Source: a virus
Reading direction: 5' to 3' (one strand)
Virus record (IMG/VR): IMGVR_UViG_3300020204_000036
Coordinates: 19,771 to 83,770 of that record
DNA: 64,000 nucleotides
The notes below the pieces were generated by a model that did not search any database, was not told the DNA's origin, and saw nothing but the letters and a program-made list of their open reading frames with translations. The translations under genes and the position numbers were made by a program. Shown piece by piece: positions 33,067-41,924 of the stretch. Numbering within the stretch: the stretch's first letter is position 1; every line of letters begins with the position of its first letter.

Positions 33067-33327
33067 ATGGGAAAAAAAGCAAAAGAACACAGAGCAAAAG
33101 TTCAAAAAAGAAATCAGAGAGTAGAACAAGAAAAAAACATTTTAAAAAAAAAATGGAATGAAATGTTTGAAAAAAAAATGGGAGAGTTACAAGAAAGTTT
33201 TTCTGAAATGAGTGGAGACACTGAATCAAATGAAGAGGAGTCGGCAAAAATAAACAAAGAATTTGAACCTGAGTATGATAGTGCGGGTTTCACAATCGAA
33301 GACAGAGAATTACCGACTGAAGAATAA
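33067..33327 (+). CDS. Hypothetical protein with basic N-half and acidic C-half
   Basis: 86-aa ORF in operon. Confidence 0.6.
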   Translation: MGKKAKEHRAKVQKRNQRVEQEKNILKKKWNEMFEKKMGELQESFSEMSGDTESNEEESAKINKEFEPEYDSAGFTIEDRELPTEE

Positions 33328-33329
33328 AA

Positions 33330-35702
33330 ATGGATTTATTCAATCCACCAAAACAGTACAATTACAATATTATGATTAAAGACATTGATTTTTCAAAGTT
33401 TGCAAATCCTACTATACAAGTGGTTTGGGAAGACTTTCCTGAAAACTTCACACAAGATAAAATCAAGTCAGTTAAACACTATTTCACAAAGAAATATAAC
33501 ACAAACAATGTGAATGTTTTAACAAAGGCTAAAACAACAAATGAAGAAGAAACACAAAGTATCGATGTTTCAGTTAATATATCTGACGAAAACTATCAAT
33601 TGGGGTTAATTAAACAATTTATAGACATTAAAGAATTATCATGTAATTTGGATGATGTGTTAACCATCAATAGGATTGTTGAAAATAAAATAGTAGAAAA
33701 ACAAGAAGAAACCACAAAATTTAAAAAGTGGTATATTAAAAACATTGAGTTTTCAAACTTTTTATCTTACGGAGAAAATCAAAAATTAAATTTTGAAAAA
33801 CTTAATGGTATTGTAGTTGTTGAGTCAGACCCACCTAACTTTGGTGGCAAGACCGTTTTATCTGTGGACCTATTAATGTTTTTGTTTTTTAATGAAACCA
33901 CAAAAACAACAAAGGCTGAAGAAATATTCAACAGGTTTACGACAAAAGATAAAGTCCATGTTAGAGGCGAAGTTTCAATTGATGGTGAAGATTATATCAT
34001 CATTAGAAATATTGAACGAAAGATTTCCAAAAAATGTGAATGGAATGTTAAAACCGATTTAGACTTTTTTAAAAAACTATCTGATGGAAGTTTGCAAAAC
34101 TTTACAGGAGAACAAAGAAGAGAAACTGAAGCGTTTATAAAATCATCTATTGGAACAAAAGAAGATTTTTTGATGACCATTCTCACAACAGCATCAAATC
34201 TTGAAGAATTGTTGGAAGCAAAACCAACAGCAAGAGGTCAAGTCTTATCAAGATTTATGGGTCTTGAGTTTTTAAAAAAGAAAGAAGAGGTCGCCAAGGA
34301 AGTCTATAGTGAGTTTTCTAAATCTAAAATGTCTAATGTTTATTCTTCACAACAATTAAAAGATGATATTATCTCAAGTGAAGAAAAGATAAAAGAAATT
34401 AAAAGTCGAATTGAAGAAAAAGTTTTAGAACTACAAAGTGTAGAAGATGCCATTACAAAAGGAAAAACTTATCGCGATGACATGTTAAAAAAAAAACATT
34501 CCAATATAGACAAAGAACTATTACTTTTAAATCCAACCAAAACCCAAGAAGAAATCAACACAATTGATTTCGAAAAAAAGGGTTATATTTCCAAAATCAA
34601 CGAACTTAAAGTTGTTCAACCAAGTGAGTTTTATAACGAAGACAAACACGATGAGGTTAAAGAACAACACAACAAAGTTTATAAAGAGACTGTTCAAATT
34701 GATACAGAAATTACATCAATAAACAAATTAAAATGTGAAGTGGAAGGTGGAATTAAATGTGAACACTGCGGAATTGAGTTAATGAGTGCTGCAATTACAA
34801 ACGCTAAAATTGCAGAATTAGATGGGTTAATCGTGCAAAAAACCACAAAAACAACACTTATGAAAGATTTATTCGGTAAAGAACAAAGTTTTGTTCAACT
34901 AAAAAAAGAGTTTGATGAATATGAAAAAAACAAACTAATTAGAGAAAAGTATGAAGTAAGTGTGGAGTCTTGTGATTTAAAAATTGAAAACCTTAAACAA
35001 AAAATTAAAAGTTGGGAAGAAGTTCAAGATAAGATACAAGAAAATCAAAAAATTGAGTCTATGTTAATAAAGGCCGATTTAAGATTAGATGAACTTGAAA
35101 CACAAAAAAATAATATAAATAATACAATATCCAACAACAAATTCAGTATCAATTCTATTGACGAAAAAATAGAAAACAACAAAAAATTGATAATAAGAAT
35201 TCGAGAAGAAGAAGAAAAAGAAAAAATATACAAAATATATTTGGAGTTATTCGGTAAAAATGGTATTTCAAAAATGATAATGAAAACCATGATGCCACTA
35301 ATAAATTCAGAACTTCAAAGGTTAATGGAGGATAGTTCATACTTCAAACTTGAAATTAGAATTTCAGATAAAAATGAAGTAGAGTTTGTTATGATTGATA
35401 ACGGAACAGGTATTGAAAAATTGATGGTTTCTGGTTCAGGATTTGAAAGAACAATTGCGGCGCTTGCTCTTCGTTCGGTGTTAAGTAAGATATGTAGCCT
35501 ACCCAAGCCCAACGTGATTGTGTTCGATGAGGTATTTGGAAAGATTTCTAATGATAACCTTGAGATGGTTTCTGAGTTTTTTATTAAAATTAAAGAATAC
35601 TTTGATAAAATTTTTATTATAACTCATAATCCACTCGTGAATCAATGGAGTGATAGTGTTGTGAAAATAAAAAAAGAAAATAATGTGTCGAAAGTTTTGT
35701 AA
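33330..35702 (+). CDS. Rad50/SbcC-like ATPase (T4 gp46-like)
   Basis: IEFSNFLSYG, NFGGKT Walker A, CEHC zinc hook, SGFE signature, VFDEVFG, IITH. Confidence 0.9.
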   Translation: MDLFNPPKQYNYNIMIKDIDFSKFANPTIQVVWEDFPENFTQDKIKSVKHYFTKKYNTNNVNVLTKAKTTNEEETQSIDVSVNISDENYQLGLIKQFIDIKELSCNLDDVLTINRIVENKIVEKQEETTKFKKWYIKNIEFSNFLSYGENQKLNFEKLNGIVVVESDPPNFGGKTVLSVDLLMFLFFNETTKTTKAEEIFNRFTTKDKVHVRGEVSIDGEDYIIIRNIERKISKKCEWNVKTDLDFFKKLSDGSLQNFTGEQRRETEAFIKSSIGTKEDFLMTILTTASNLEELLEAKPTARGQVLSRFMGLEFLKKKEEVAKEVYSEFSKSKMSNVYSSQQLKDDIISSEEKIKEIKSRIEEKVLELQSVEDAITKGKTYRDDMLKKKHSNIDKELLLLNPTKTQEEINTIDFEKKGYISKINELKVVQPSEFYNEDKHDEVKEQHNKVYKETVQIDTEITSINKLKCEVEGGIKCEHCGIELMSAAITNAKIAELDGLIVQKTTKTTLMKDLFGKEQSFVQLKKEFDEYEKNKLIREKYEVSVESCDLKIENLKQKIKSWEEVQDKIQENQKIESMLIKADLRLDELETQKNNINNTISNNKFSINSIDEKIENNKKLIIRIREEEEKEKIYKIYLELFGKNGISKMIMKTMMPLINSELQRLMEDSSYFKLEIRISDKNEVEFVMIDNGTGIEKLMVSGSGFERTIAALALRSVLSKICSLPKPNVIVFDEVFGKISNDNLEMVSEFFIKIKEYFDKIFIITHNPLVNQWSDSVVKIKKENNVSKVL

Positions 35703-35757
35703 ATGAATTTATTTTAGGTAAGTTTGTTTCATATTAAAACAACGTCAAAAGATATTT

Positions 35758-36348
35758 ATGATAAAGAAAAAAACAGAAATGAAGTCAGAAGGAAAACAAT
35801 ATATGTTATTCATGTTTGGTGATTTTGCAGACAACGAAACCTTTGTTACTGACGTATCATATCAACTAGTCACAGTTGTGAGTTCTAAATTTATGAAGTT
35901 TAACTATGGTGAGTTTGGTATGGTTATTAATTTCAGAACAAAAGAAACTTTTGAAGACTTAAAGGAGTATATTGATATGTGTATGAATGAAGTGGTTGAA
36001 CAATACTTCTTAATGGAAGTTACTGCAAACATGGACATAAAAATGGACCAAAAATTGAAGAGAGATTTTTTAAATATAGACGGAGTAAAAAAACCAACCA
36101 AAACTAAAGGAGTAAGTAAAGATGATATATCAGAAGAAAAAAAGAAAAGAATAAGCGGAATGATGGAATTTATTTTCCCTCTAACAGAGGACATGATTAA
36201 ATTCCCATTTTACAGAGAAGAAAAAAAAGAGAAACCGACAGTAGACCAGATTTTAGATAAAATATCAGAAAAAGGAATAGAGTCATTAACTGAGGAAGAA
36301 AAACAAATATTAGACAATTATGGAAAGAGAGAAGACCGAGGAAATTAA
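35758..36348 (+). CDS. Hypothetical protein with C-terminal VDQILDKI..G.ESLT.EEK domain (DUF6576-like)
   Basis: The C-terminal motif resembles tails seen on Bacteroidota rhomboid-family proteins. Confidence 0.6.
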   Translation: MIKKKTEMKSEGKQYMLFMFGDFADNETFVTDVSYQLVTVVSSKFMKFNYGEFGMVINFRTKETFEDLKEYIDMCMNEVVEQYFLMEVTANMDIKMDQKLKRDFLNIDGVKKPTKTKGVSKDDISEEKKKRISGMMEFIFPLTEDMIKFPFYREEKKEKPTVDQILDKISEKGIESLTEEEKQILDNYGKREDRGN

Positions 36349-37135
36349 ATCCACAAATCCAATTAACCAAGACGAAATTCAACTGTATCTAAAAGACATC
36401 CGAAAATTAAAAGTAATGACACCTGAAAGGGAAAAGTTGCTTTCACAAAAAATTTCAGATGAAAGTTGTACAGAAAGAGAAAAAGAGTTAATCTATAAAG
36501 AACTCTTAGAAGGTAATTTACGATTTGTTATTACCGTTGCTAAACAATATCAAAATCAAGGAATTGACCTATCTGATTTAATTGCTGAGGGTAATTATGG
36601 TTTGTTAAAGGCAATTAAGAATTTTGATTGGACAAAAAATAATAGATTTATTTCATATGCCGTTTGGTGGATTAAACAATCAATTTTACAATCCTTAAAT
36701 GACAATTCAAGAACGATTAGACTTCCGGTCAATGTTGTTCAAGACATGCATAAAGAGAAAAAAGAATTGGAAAAAACAAATGGTGAACTATCCGCTAAAT
36801 TTGCATCACTTCCAAAGATTGTTGACTTAGATATGCACATTAATGAAGATGGTGATACTTTAATTGATGTTATTAAAAATGACGGAGCGTCATTACCTGA
36901 TGAAATATTTTCAACACAAGACACATTAAAACAGAAAATGAATGACATTATGTCAATGTTAGATTCAAGAGAAAAAATAATTGTTGAAGATTATTATGGT
37001 ATTTCAGGAACACCAAGAACTTTGGAAGACATCGGTTCAGATTTTGGTTTAACTAAAGAAAGAGTTCGTCAAATTAAAGAAAAGGCTCTTCGTAAACTTA
37101 GAAATGAATGTTCATATTTATTTGAATATTTATGA
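36320..37135 (+). CDS. Sigma-70 family factor, short Bacteroidota RpoD-like
   Basis: YLKDIRK, NLRFVITVAKQYQNQG, FISYAVWWIKQSI, TLEDIG..FGLTKERVRQIKEKALRKL; no region 1.1. Confidence 0.93.
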   Translation: MEREKTEEIKSTNPINQDEIQLYLKDIRKLKVMTPEREKLLSQKISDESCTEREKELIYKELLEGNLRFVITVAKQYQNQGIDLSDLIAEGNYGLLKAIKNFDWTKNNRFISYAVWWIKQSILQSLNDNSRTIRLPVNVVQDMHKEKKELEKTNGELSAKFASLPKIVDLDMHINEDGDTLIDVIKNDGASLPDEIFSTQDTLKQKMNDIMSMLDSREKIIVEDYYGISGTPRTLEDIGSDFGLTKERVRQIKEKALRKLRNECSYLFEYL

Positions 37136-37142
37136 TAAAATG

Positions 37143-37174
37143 TTTGGCAAATGCCAACTTTTATATTATCTTTG
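37143..37174 (+). promoter_or_regulatory. Bacteroidota-type -33/-7 promoter (representative copy)
   Basis: TTTG-N20-TATCTTTG; TAnnTTTG also at 35719, 50320, 50645, 62184, 62424, 63477, 63944. Confidence 0.75.
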
Positions 37175-37179
37175 TATCA

Positions 37180-37290
37180 CAAACGACGAGAGATATCCTC
37201 AAGTTTGTCGGGAAGCTTACTCCTGGGGTCGTAAGTCGTCGAGACACCGCGGTTAGTGTGTCGGGTTTAAAATCCTCAAGTCGTACTGAA
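37180..37290 (+). ncRNA. Candidate small structured RNA
   Basis: GC-rich island between a TTTG/TATCTTTG promoter and a terminator; closing helix plus two hairpins. Confidence 0.55.
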
Positions 37291-37295
37291 AAATT

Positions 37296-37323
37296 AAAGG
37301 GTGAGTTTTTCTCACCCTTTTTG
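37296..37323 (+). terminator. Intrinsic terminator
   Basis: AAAGGGTGAG-ttttt-CTCACCCTTT plus T run. Confidence 0.85.
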
Positions 37324-37335
37324 TATTTATATAGT

Positions 37336-37872
37336 ATGAAACTATTATTCACATTAAAGAATATAATTATAAACGAGCAAAATAACAAACCTAGAGGAAC
37401 TACGATATTTTCTACAGTATCAAACGATAAACTTATACAGTTAAAATCGACTTACCACCAAAGAAATGAAAGACATGGAAATGAAACATATAAAGAAATA
37501 GTTGATAAATACAACGATTTTTTATATACCAAGAAATCAAAGTTTAGACAACCACCAAGATTTGCGGTTCCTGATACCATGATTAAAAATTTTTTCAGTG
37601 ATAATGTTGATAAAATATATGGAGCATTTGAAAACGAACAACCAAAAAATAATAAAATCATTTTTGTTCACAAAAGAAAAAACAACGAAGATGAAGAAAA
37701 TTTTGACTTTATTGAAGTTCTATTACAAAAAGACGGTAATTTTTTTAATATCATCACTTCATCATTTTCTAAAGATGGTCAATTTTTGAAAACTAAAAGA
37801 GAAGATGATAACGCGCAAAGAGTAAGAGTTGAACAAAAAAGAATTGATAATTATATTGTGATATATATTTAA
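37336..37872 (+). CDS. Hypothetical protein with N-terminal IIxE leader (likely start 37336, not 37132)
   Basis: TATTTAT at 37324-37330, then MKLLFTLKNIIINEQ; the upstream part of the listed ORF spans an RNA and a terminator. Confidence 0.65.
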   Translation: MKLLFTLKNIIINEQNNKPRGTTIFSTVSNDKLIQLKSTYHQRNERHGNETYKEIVDKYNDFLYTKKSKFRQPPRFAVPDTMIKNFFSDNVDKIYGAFENEQPKNNKIIFVHKRKNNEDEENFDFIEVLLQKDGNFFNIITSSFSKDGQFLKTKREDDNAQRVRVEQKRIDNYIVIYI

Positions 37873-37874
37873 AA

Positions 37875-37970
37875 TATGGGTTGAACCGAGATTACCCATA
37901 CAACTCGGCGGAATGGGACACGAAGCTCTCTGGGTGAAAATCCCCAATTCTACATGAATGATAGAATGAA
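37875..37970 (+). ncRNA. Candidate structured RNA with a possible pseudoknot
   Basis: TATGGGT/ACCCATA stem, loop CCGAG complementary to downstream CTCGG, two further hairpins. Confidence 0.45.
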
Positions 37971-37978
37971 ACCACACT

Positions 37979-38008
37979 ACCCCCATTGGCGCTCGTGGGG
38001 GTTTTTAT
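37979..38008 (+). terminator. Intrinsic terminator
   Basis: ACCCCCAT...GTGGGGGT plus T run. Confidence 0.75.
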
Positions 38009-38042
38009 TTATCTTTAGTATTTATTAATTATAGTTGATGTT

Positions 38043-39197
38043 ATGAAAGATAAAATGTTACCTTGGTTTTTACTATTTTGTGCGATTGGATTATCAGGAA
38101 CTGCGGCCTATTATAGTGTGGTCGGTTTATCTGTGGTTTTTGTTGGTGTTGCAATTCCTGTAATTATTTTGGGTTCATTTTTGGAACTATCTAAAATTGC
38201 AATTGCTACATATCTTCACGACAAGTGGAAAGAAACATATGGAGGGTTAAAAATATATATGACAATTGCTCTTATAACTTTATCAATTATTACATCTTTA
38301 GGGATTTATGGATTACTTAGCACAGGTTTTTCTGCTAACATTTCTAAATTGGAAATTAATGGTAAAAAAATTAAAAACATCGAAATAAAAAAACAAAGAT
38401 TTGAAGAAATCAAAAAAGAATACCAATCTGAAAAAACCATTTTAGATAAAGATATAACAAATCTAAGAAACGCTCTATCATCAAACACCACTACACAATC
38501 AATTGATAGGAACTCAGGTCAAGTCATTACAAGAGCAAATGCCGGAAACAGAAAAGCTTTTGAAACACAACTCAAAGTTGCTCAACAAAATAGGGACATT
38601 GTGTCCAATAAAATCGAATCATTAAATGACAGTATCACAAACTTAGAGATTGAAATATTAAATTTAGAGTCTGCTGAAATATCAGGAAACGAACTTGGGA
38701 CAATTAAATACATGAGTGAGTTACTAGATTGGGATATTAAAAAAACTGCAAATTTATTCATATTAATATTAATCTTTGTTTTTGACCCATTGGCGATTAC
38801 TTTAGTTATTGCAACAAATCAAGCTTTTAAATCAAATAAAAAAAACGAAGAGACCCCTCAAGTCACCCCTCAAGTTCAAGAAGATATGAATGACCCTTTT
38901 GAGGAATATTTTGAAAAACACATAGACTTTATGGATGAAGACATCTACGAAGATGACTACGACGAAAATATCGATTATTTAGATGAAAATTTTTACCAAA
39001 GAAGTGAAGAATCAGTAGAAAATGATGAAATCATTAATGTAGATAACGATTATGGTATTTTCGATGATTATAAGCCAAACACCGTTGAAACTGAAAATGT
39101 AGTTGAAAACAAAACACCACAACCAAACCCTGTAATTAACAGAAGACTTTCTTATACAAAAAATGATACAGGAAATTTCAAAATTAATAGAATATAA
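38043..39197 (+). CDS. Multi-pass membrane protein with coiled coil and acidic tail
   Basis: Three N-terminal TM segments, heptads, FILILIFVFDPLAI. Confidence 0.7.
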   Translation: MKDKMLPWFLLFCAIGLSGTAAYYSVVGLSVVFVGVAIPVIILGSFLELSKIAIATYLHDKWKETYGGLKIYMTIALITLSIITSLGIYGLLSTGFSANISKLEINGKKIKNIEIKKQRFEEIKKEYQSEKTILDKDITNLRNALSSNTTTQSIDRNSGQVITRANAGNRKAFETQLKVAQQNRDIVSNKIESLNDSITNLEIEILNLESAEISGNELGTIKYMSELLDWDIKKTANLFILILIFVFDPLAITLVIATNQAFKSNKKNEETPQVTPQVQEDMNDPFEEYFEKHIDFMDEDIYEDDYDENIDYLDENFYQRSEESVENDEIINVDNDYGIFDDYKPNTVETENVVENKTPQPNPVINRRLSYTKNDTGNFKINRI

Positions 39198-39771
39198 CGT
39201 CTTGTTTCAAAACGACAACAAACGTCAAATAATATTGGCTGACACTAAAAGGCCCTACAAAAATTATATACAGTCATTAATCAACAGATATAATAAAAAA
39301 AATCCCTACTTACCAAATTATATAATAAATAAAAAAGGTGAGATTTTTATGGTTACAGAACCAAACACGTATTCTAAATTCATGAACAATCAAAGTTTAG
39401 ATAAAAATTCAATAGTAATAGTTTTAGAAAATCTTACTTGGTTAAAAAAAATACCAATAGAACTTCAATATTTAAACTGGATAGGTGATATTTATAAAGA
39501 GAAAGTTTTTGAAAAAAAATGGAGAGACCAATTTTTTTGGGACCCCTATAGTCAAAAACAAATTGAAAGTTTGGTTTTATTAACACATGATATATGTGAA
39601 AACTTTGGCATAGAAAAACAAACAACAAAAACAAATGTCAAGTTACATGGTGTTGAAAACTTCAATGGAGTTACAACAAAAAGTAATCACATATCTAATT
39701 GTAAGGATATAAACCCTTCTTTTGATTTTAAAAATTTTGAAAAATTATTAAACGAGTATGAACCAATATGA
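39163..39771 (+). CDS. Amidase_2/PGRP-fold protein, apparently degenerate
   Basis: PNYIINKKGEI, NSIVIVLEN, YSQKQIESLVLL, DINPSFDF; Zn-ligand positions altered. Confidence 0.65.
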   Translation: MIQEISKLIEYNVLFQNDNKRQIILADTKRPYKNYIQSLINRYNKKNPYLPNYIINKKGEIFMVTEPNTYSKFMNNQSLDKNSIVIVLENLTWLKKIPIELQYLNWIGDIYKEKVFEKKWRDQFFWDPYSQKQIESLVLLTHDICENFGIEKQTTKTNVKLHGVENFNGVTTKSNHISNCKDINPSFDFKNFEKLLNEYEPI

Positions 39772-40297
39772 TGAAATTAAAACGTTGTTGAAAAGGTCAA
39801 GACTTTTACAAGAACAAGTGGGCCCCACAAATTTGGCAAAAAGCATTGAAGACAACATCGTACAAGACGAAGAAAAAGAAATTGATGTTGATAAAGTTAA
39901 AAAAGACAAAAGCAAAACCTATAGAATATCAGGAGGTCTTTTAACTCTTCACGGAAAAGATAAAAAAGATTTGGAACTTACAAGTGATGAAAAACAATCT
40001 TACCAAGAAACAATGGAAGAGTTTGTTGCAGAAGTGTCTGACCTTTCTGACTTTGGTGTTTTAAATGTATATAATAACTCTGTGCAGTGGAGCGGTAAAA
40101 TAGTTGATGCCGACATTGAGTTTTTCTATTCTATTGGTGAAAATAATGGTGTTTATATAAATGGAGATATGATAAAACTAGACCAAGAATTGGTAGATTT
40201 AACAACTAAGTTAAAATCTTTTTTTGAAAAGTTTAAAAGTAAATGGGCTAAAATTATTTCAGTAAGAAAGAAAACTAAATTTACAGAAGAAGAATAG
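39758..40297 (+). CDS. Hypothetical protein, N-terminal EIKTLLKRSRLLQE
   Basis: 179-aa ORF in operon. Confidence 0.6.
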   Translation: MNQYDEIKTLLKRSRLLQEQVGPTNLAKSIEDNIVQDEEKEIDVDKVKKDKSKTYRISGGLLTLHGKDKKDLELTSDEKQSYQETMEEFVAEVSDLSDFGVLNVYNNSVQWSGKIVDADIEFFYSIGENNGVYINGDMIKLDQELVDLTTKLKSFFEKFKSKWAKIISVRKKTKFTEEE

Positions 40298-40298
40298 T

Positions 40299-40649
40299 AT
40301 GGAATATATAAAAAAATATTGGAAATGGGTTGTTGGTATTATTTTGTCGATACTTGTTTTATACCTTGTTGTTTATTTGGCAACTCCAAAACCACAAATG
40401 TCAGAATTAGACAAGTATAAAATAGACCAACTTAATAAAAAAATTGAAGAATTAAAAAACCTTCAAAAAAGTTTGAACGACTCCCTTAATGTTTACCAAC
40501 AAAAAATAGATAAAATTGATGACAAAATATCGAACATTAAGATTGAAAAAAAAGAGGTAAATAATTATTACACACAAAAAAAAGAAGAAATAAAAACCGC
40601 AGATAAAAAACAAGTGGATAGTCTGTTGAGAAAAAGATATAATTTTTAA
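40299..40649 (+). CDS. Membrane-anchored coiled coil (i-spanin-like)
   Basis: One N-terminal TM segment followed by heptads. Confidence 0.5.
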   Translation: MEYIKKYWKWVVGIILSILVLYLVVYLATPKPQMSELDKYKIDQLNKKIEELKNLQKSLNDSLNVYQQKIDKIDDKISNIKIEKKEVNNYYTQKKEEIKTADKKQVDSLLRKRYNF

Positions 40650-40652
40650 ATT

Positions 40653-41069
40653 ATGAAAAAAATTGTTTTGTTTACATTAGTGATGTTAGTTAGTTTTTTT
40701 GGAATGACTCAAAAAATAAAACCAACTGACACATCAGAATTATGCATACCATATCATGTTGCACAAAAAATATTATTGGACCTTAATGATTACGACAGAT
40801 TAAAAGAACTATCCAAGTTAGATAAAGAAGAAATAAAACAATTGAATAACAAAATTTATTTTTTAGATAAAAGTATTCTTGTTTGGAAAGAAAAAGATTC
40901 ATTGAGTAATAAAATAGTTAATAATACGGAAGAAAAATTTAAAATAATTTCTGACCAAAATGATGAGTTGAGAAAAGAAGTTAAAAAATTAAAAGTTAGA
41001 AATACAATGACTCAAATAATTAGTGGGGTTCTTATAACAACATTAACGGTATTTAGTATTATGAAATAA
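40653..41069 (+). CDS. Signal peptide, coiled coil and C-terminal TM (spanin-like)
   Basis: MKKIVLFTLVMLVSFFG..., hydrophobic C-terminus. Confidence 0.5.
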   Translation: MKKIVLFTLVMLVSFFGMTQKIKPTDTSELCIPYHVAQKILLDLNDYDRLKELSKLDKEEIKQLNNKIYFLDKSILVWKEKDSLSNKIVNNTEEKFKIISDQNDELRKEVKKLKVRNTMTQIISGVLITTLTVFSIMK

Positions 41070-41320
41070 TGGCACTTTCTCAAACAGATAAGAAAGAAGT
41101 TGAAAGAATTATAAAAAAAGAAATACAAAACTTTTTTAATTCAAACACATTGAAACAATTTGAAAATCAGATGGTTGAATTAATAAAAAAAGAAATACAA
41201 AAAGGAAAGTTAAGAGGAGACATTACTGAGTTTATTTCCAAAGCATTCACTGAATTTTACTTTGAACTTTATAGACAAAGAGCTAATTGGACCGGTACAA
41301 TTAAAAATTTAAAATTATAA
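41069..41320 (+). CDS. Hypothetical protein
   Basis: 83 aa, coupled to the previous gene. Confidence 0.6.
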   Translation: MALSQTDKKEVERIIKKEIQNFFNSNTLKQFENQMVELIKKEIQKGKLRGDITEFISKAFTEFYFELYRQRANWTGTIKNLKL

Positions 41321-41322
41321 TT

Positions 41323-41892
41323 ATGAGAAATATAAGTCCAGAAAAATTAATAGAAAACGCACTCAAAGAAATTTTACAAGAAAAATCGGCAACAATCAGT
41401 AGACCTATATTTAGTTTATTTTCAAAAGACGAAAAGGCAAAAAAAGAATATAAAAGAATAAAAAAAGAACCAAAAGAAGGTATGGGTGCAAGCTCCGCAG
41501 GTAGTTTTTCACCGGCAATTAGTTTTAGTGAAGAAGAAGATGAGGGTCAAAAAATTGAAGCAACTGAAGCTACCGGGGCATCGTCTTCAGGTTCTTATGA
41601 GGGAGCCTCTTTTTTGGCTAAAAACCTTGATAATTGGGGGCCATCAAAAAAAACACAACTACCTGGCGGTATGTTTGTAAAACCAAAAGAAAAATGTAAG
41701 ACTTTTCCGTACTGTAACCAAGGGGATATCAATTCATTAGATTTTAGTAAAACAGGTGATTTTGGCTTTAAACTAACAAAAAAAACTCCAAAAAAGAAAA
41801 AATCGAAACTAAAAGAGGCCATTATAAATGTTTCATATAGAACTGGTTTAACTGAAGAAAAAATACTAAAAATCCTTATTGATAATATTTAA
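41323..41892 (+). CDS. Hypothetical protein, possibly a processed head protein
   Basis: LKEILQE leader; duplicated E-xxGASSxGS motif; CKTFPYC. Confidence 0.55.
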   Translation: MRNISPEKLIENALKEILQEKSATISRPIFSLFSKDEKAKKEYKRIKKEPKEGMGASSAGSFSPAISFSEEEDEGQKIEATEATGASSSGSYEGASFLAKNLDNWGPSKKTQLPGGMFVKPKEKCKTFPYCNQGDINSLDFSKTGDFGFKLTKKTPKKKKSKLKEAIINVSYRTGLTEEKILKILIDNI

Positions 41893-41924
41893 GGTTTTTT
41901 TCTTTAACACTAATATTTATTAAT

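Noticed and set aside
37132-37335. N-terminal 68 codons of the listed 246-aa ORF
   Set aside because: Crosses a promoter, a structured island and a terminator; a better start lies at 37336
37180-37970. tRNA genes or known self-cleaving ribozymes
   Set aside because: No GTTCRA T-loop or cloverleaf; GAATGGGAC resembles the HDV 3' end but no matching GTCCC or P3/L3 was found
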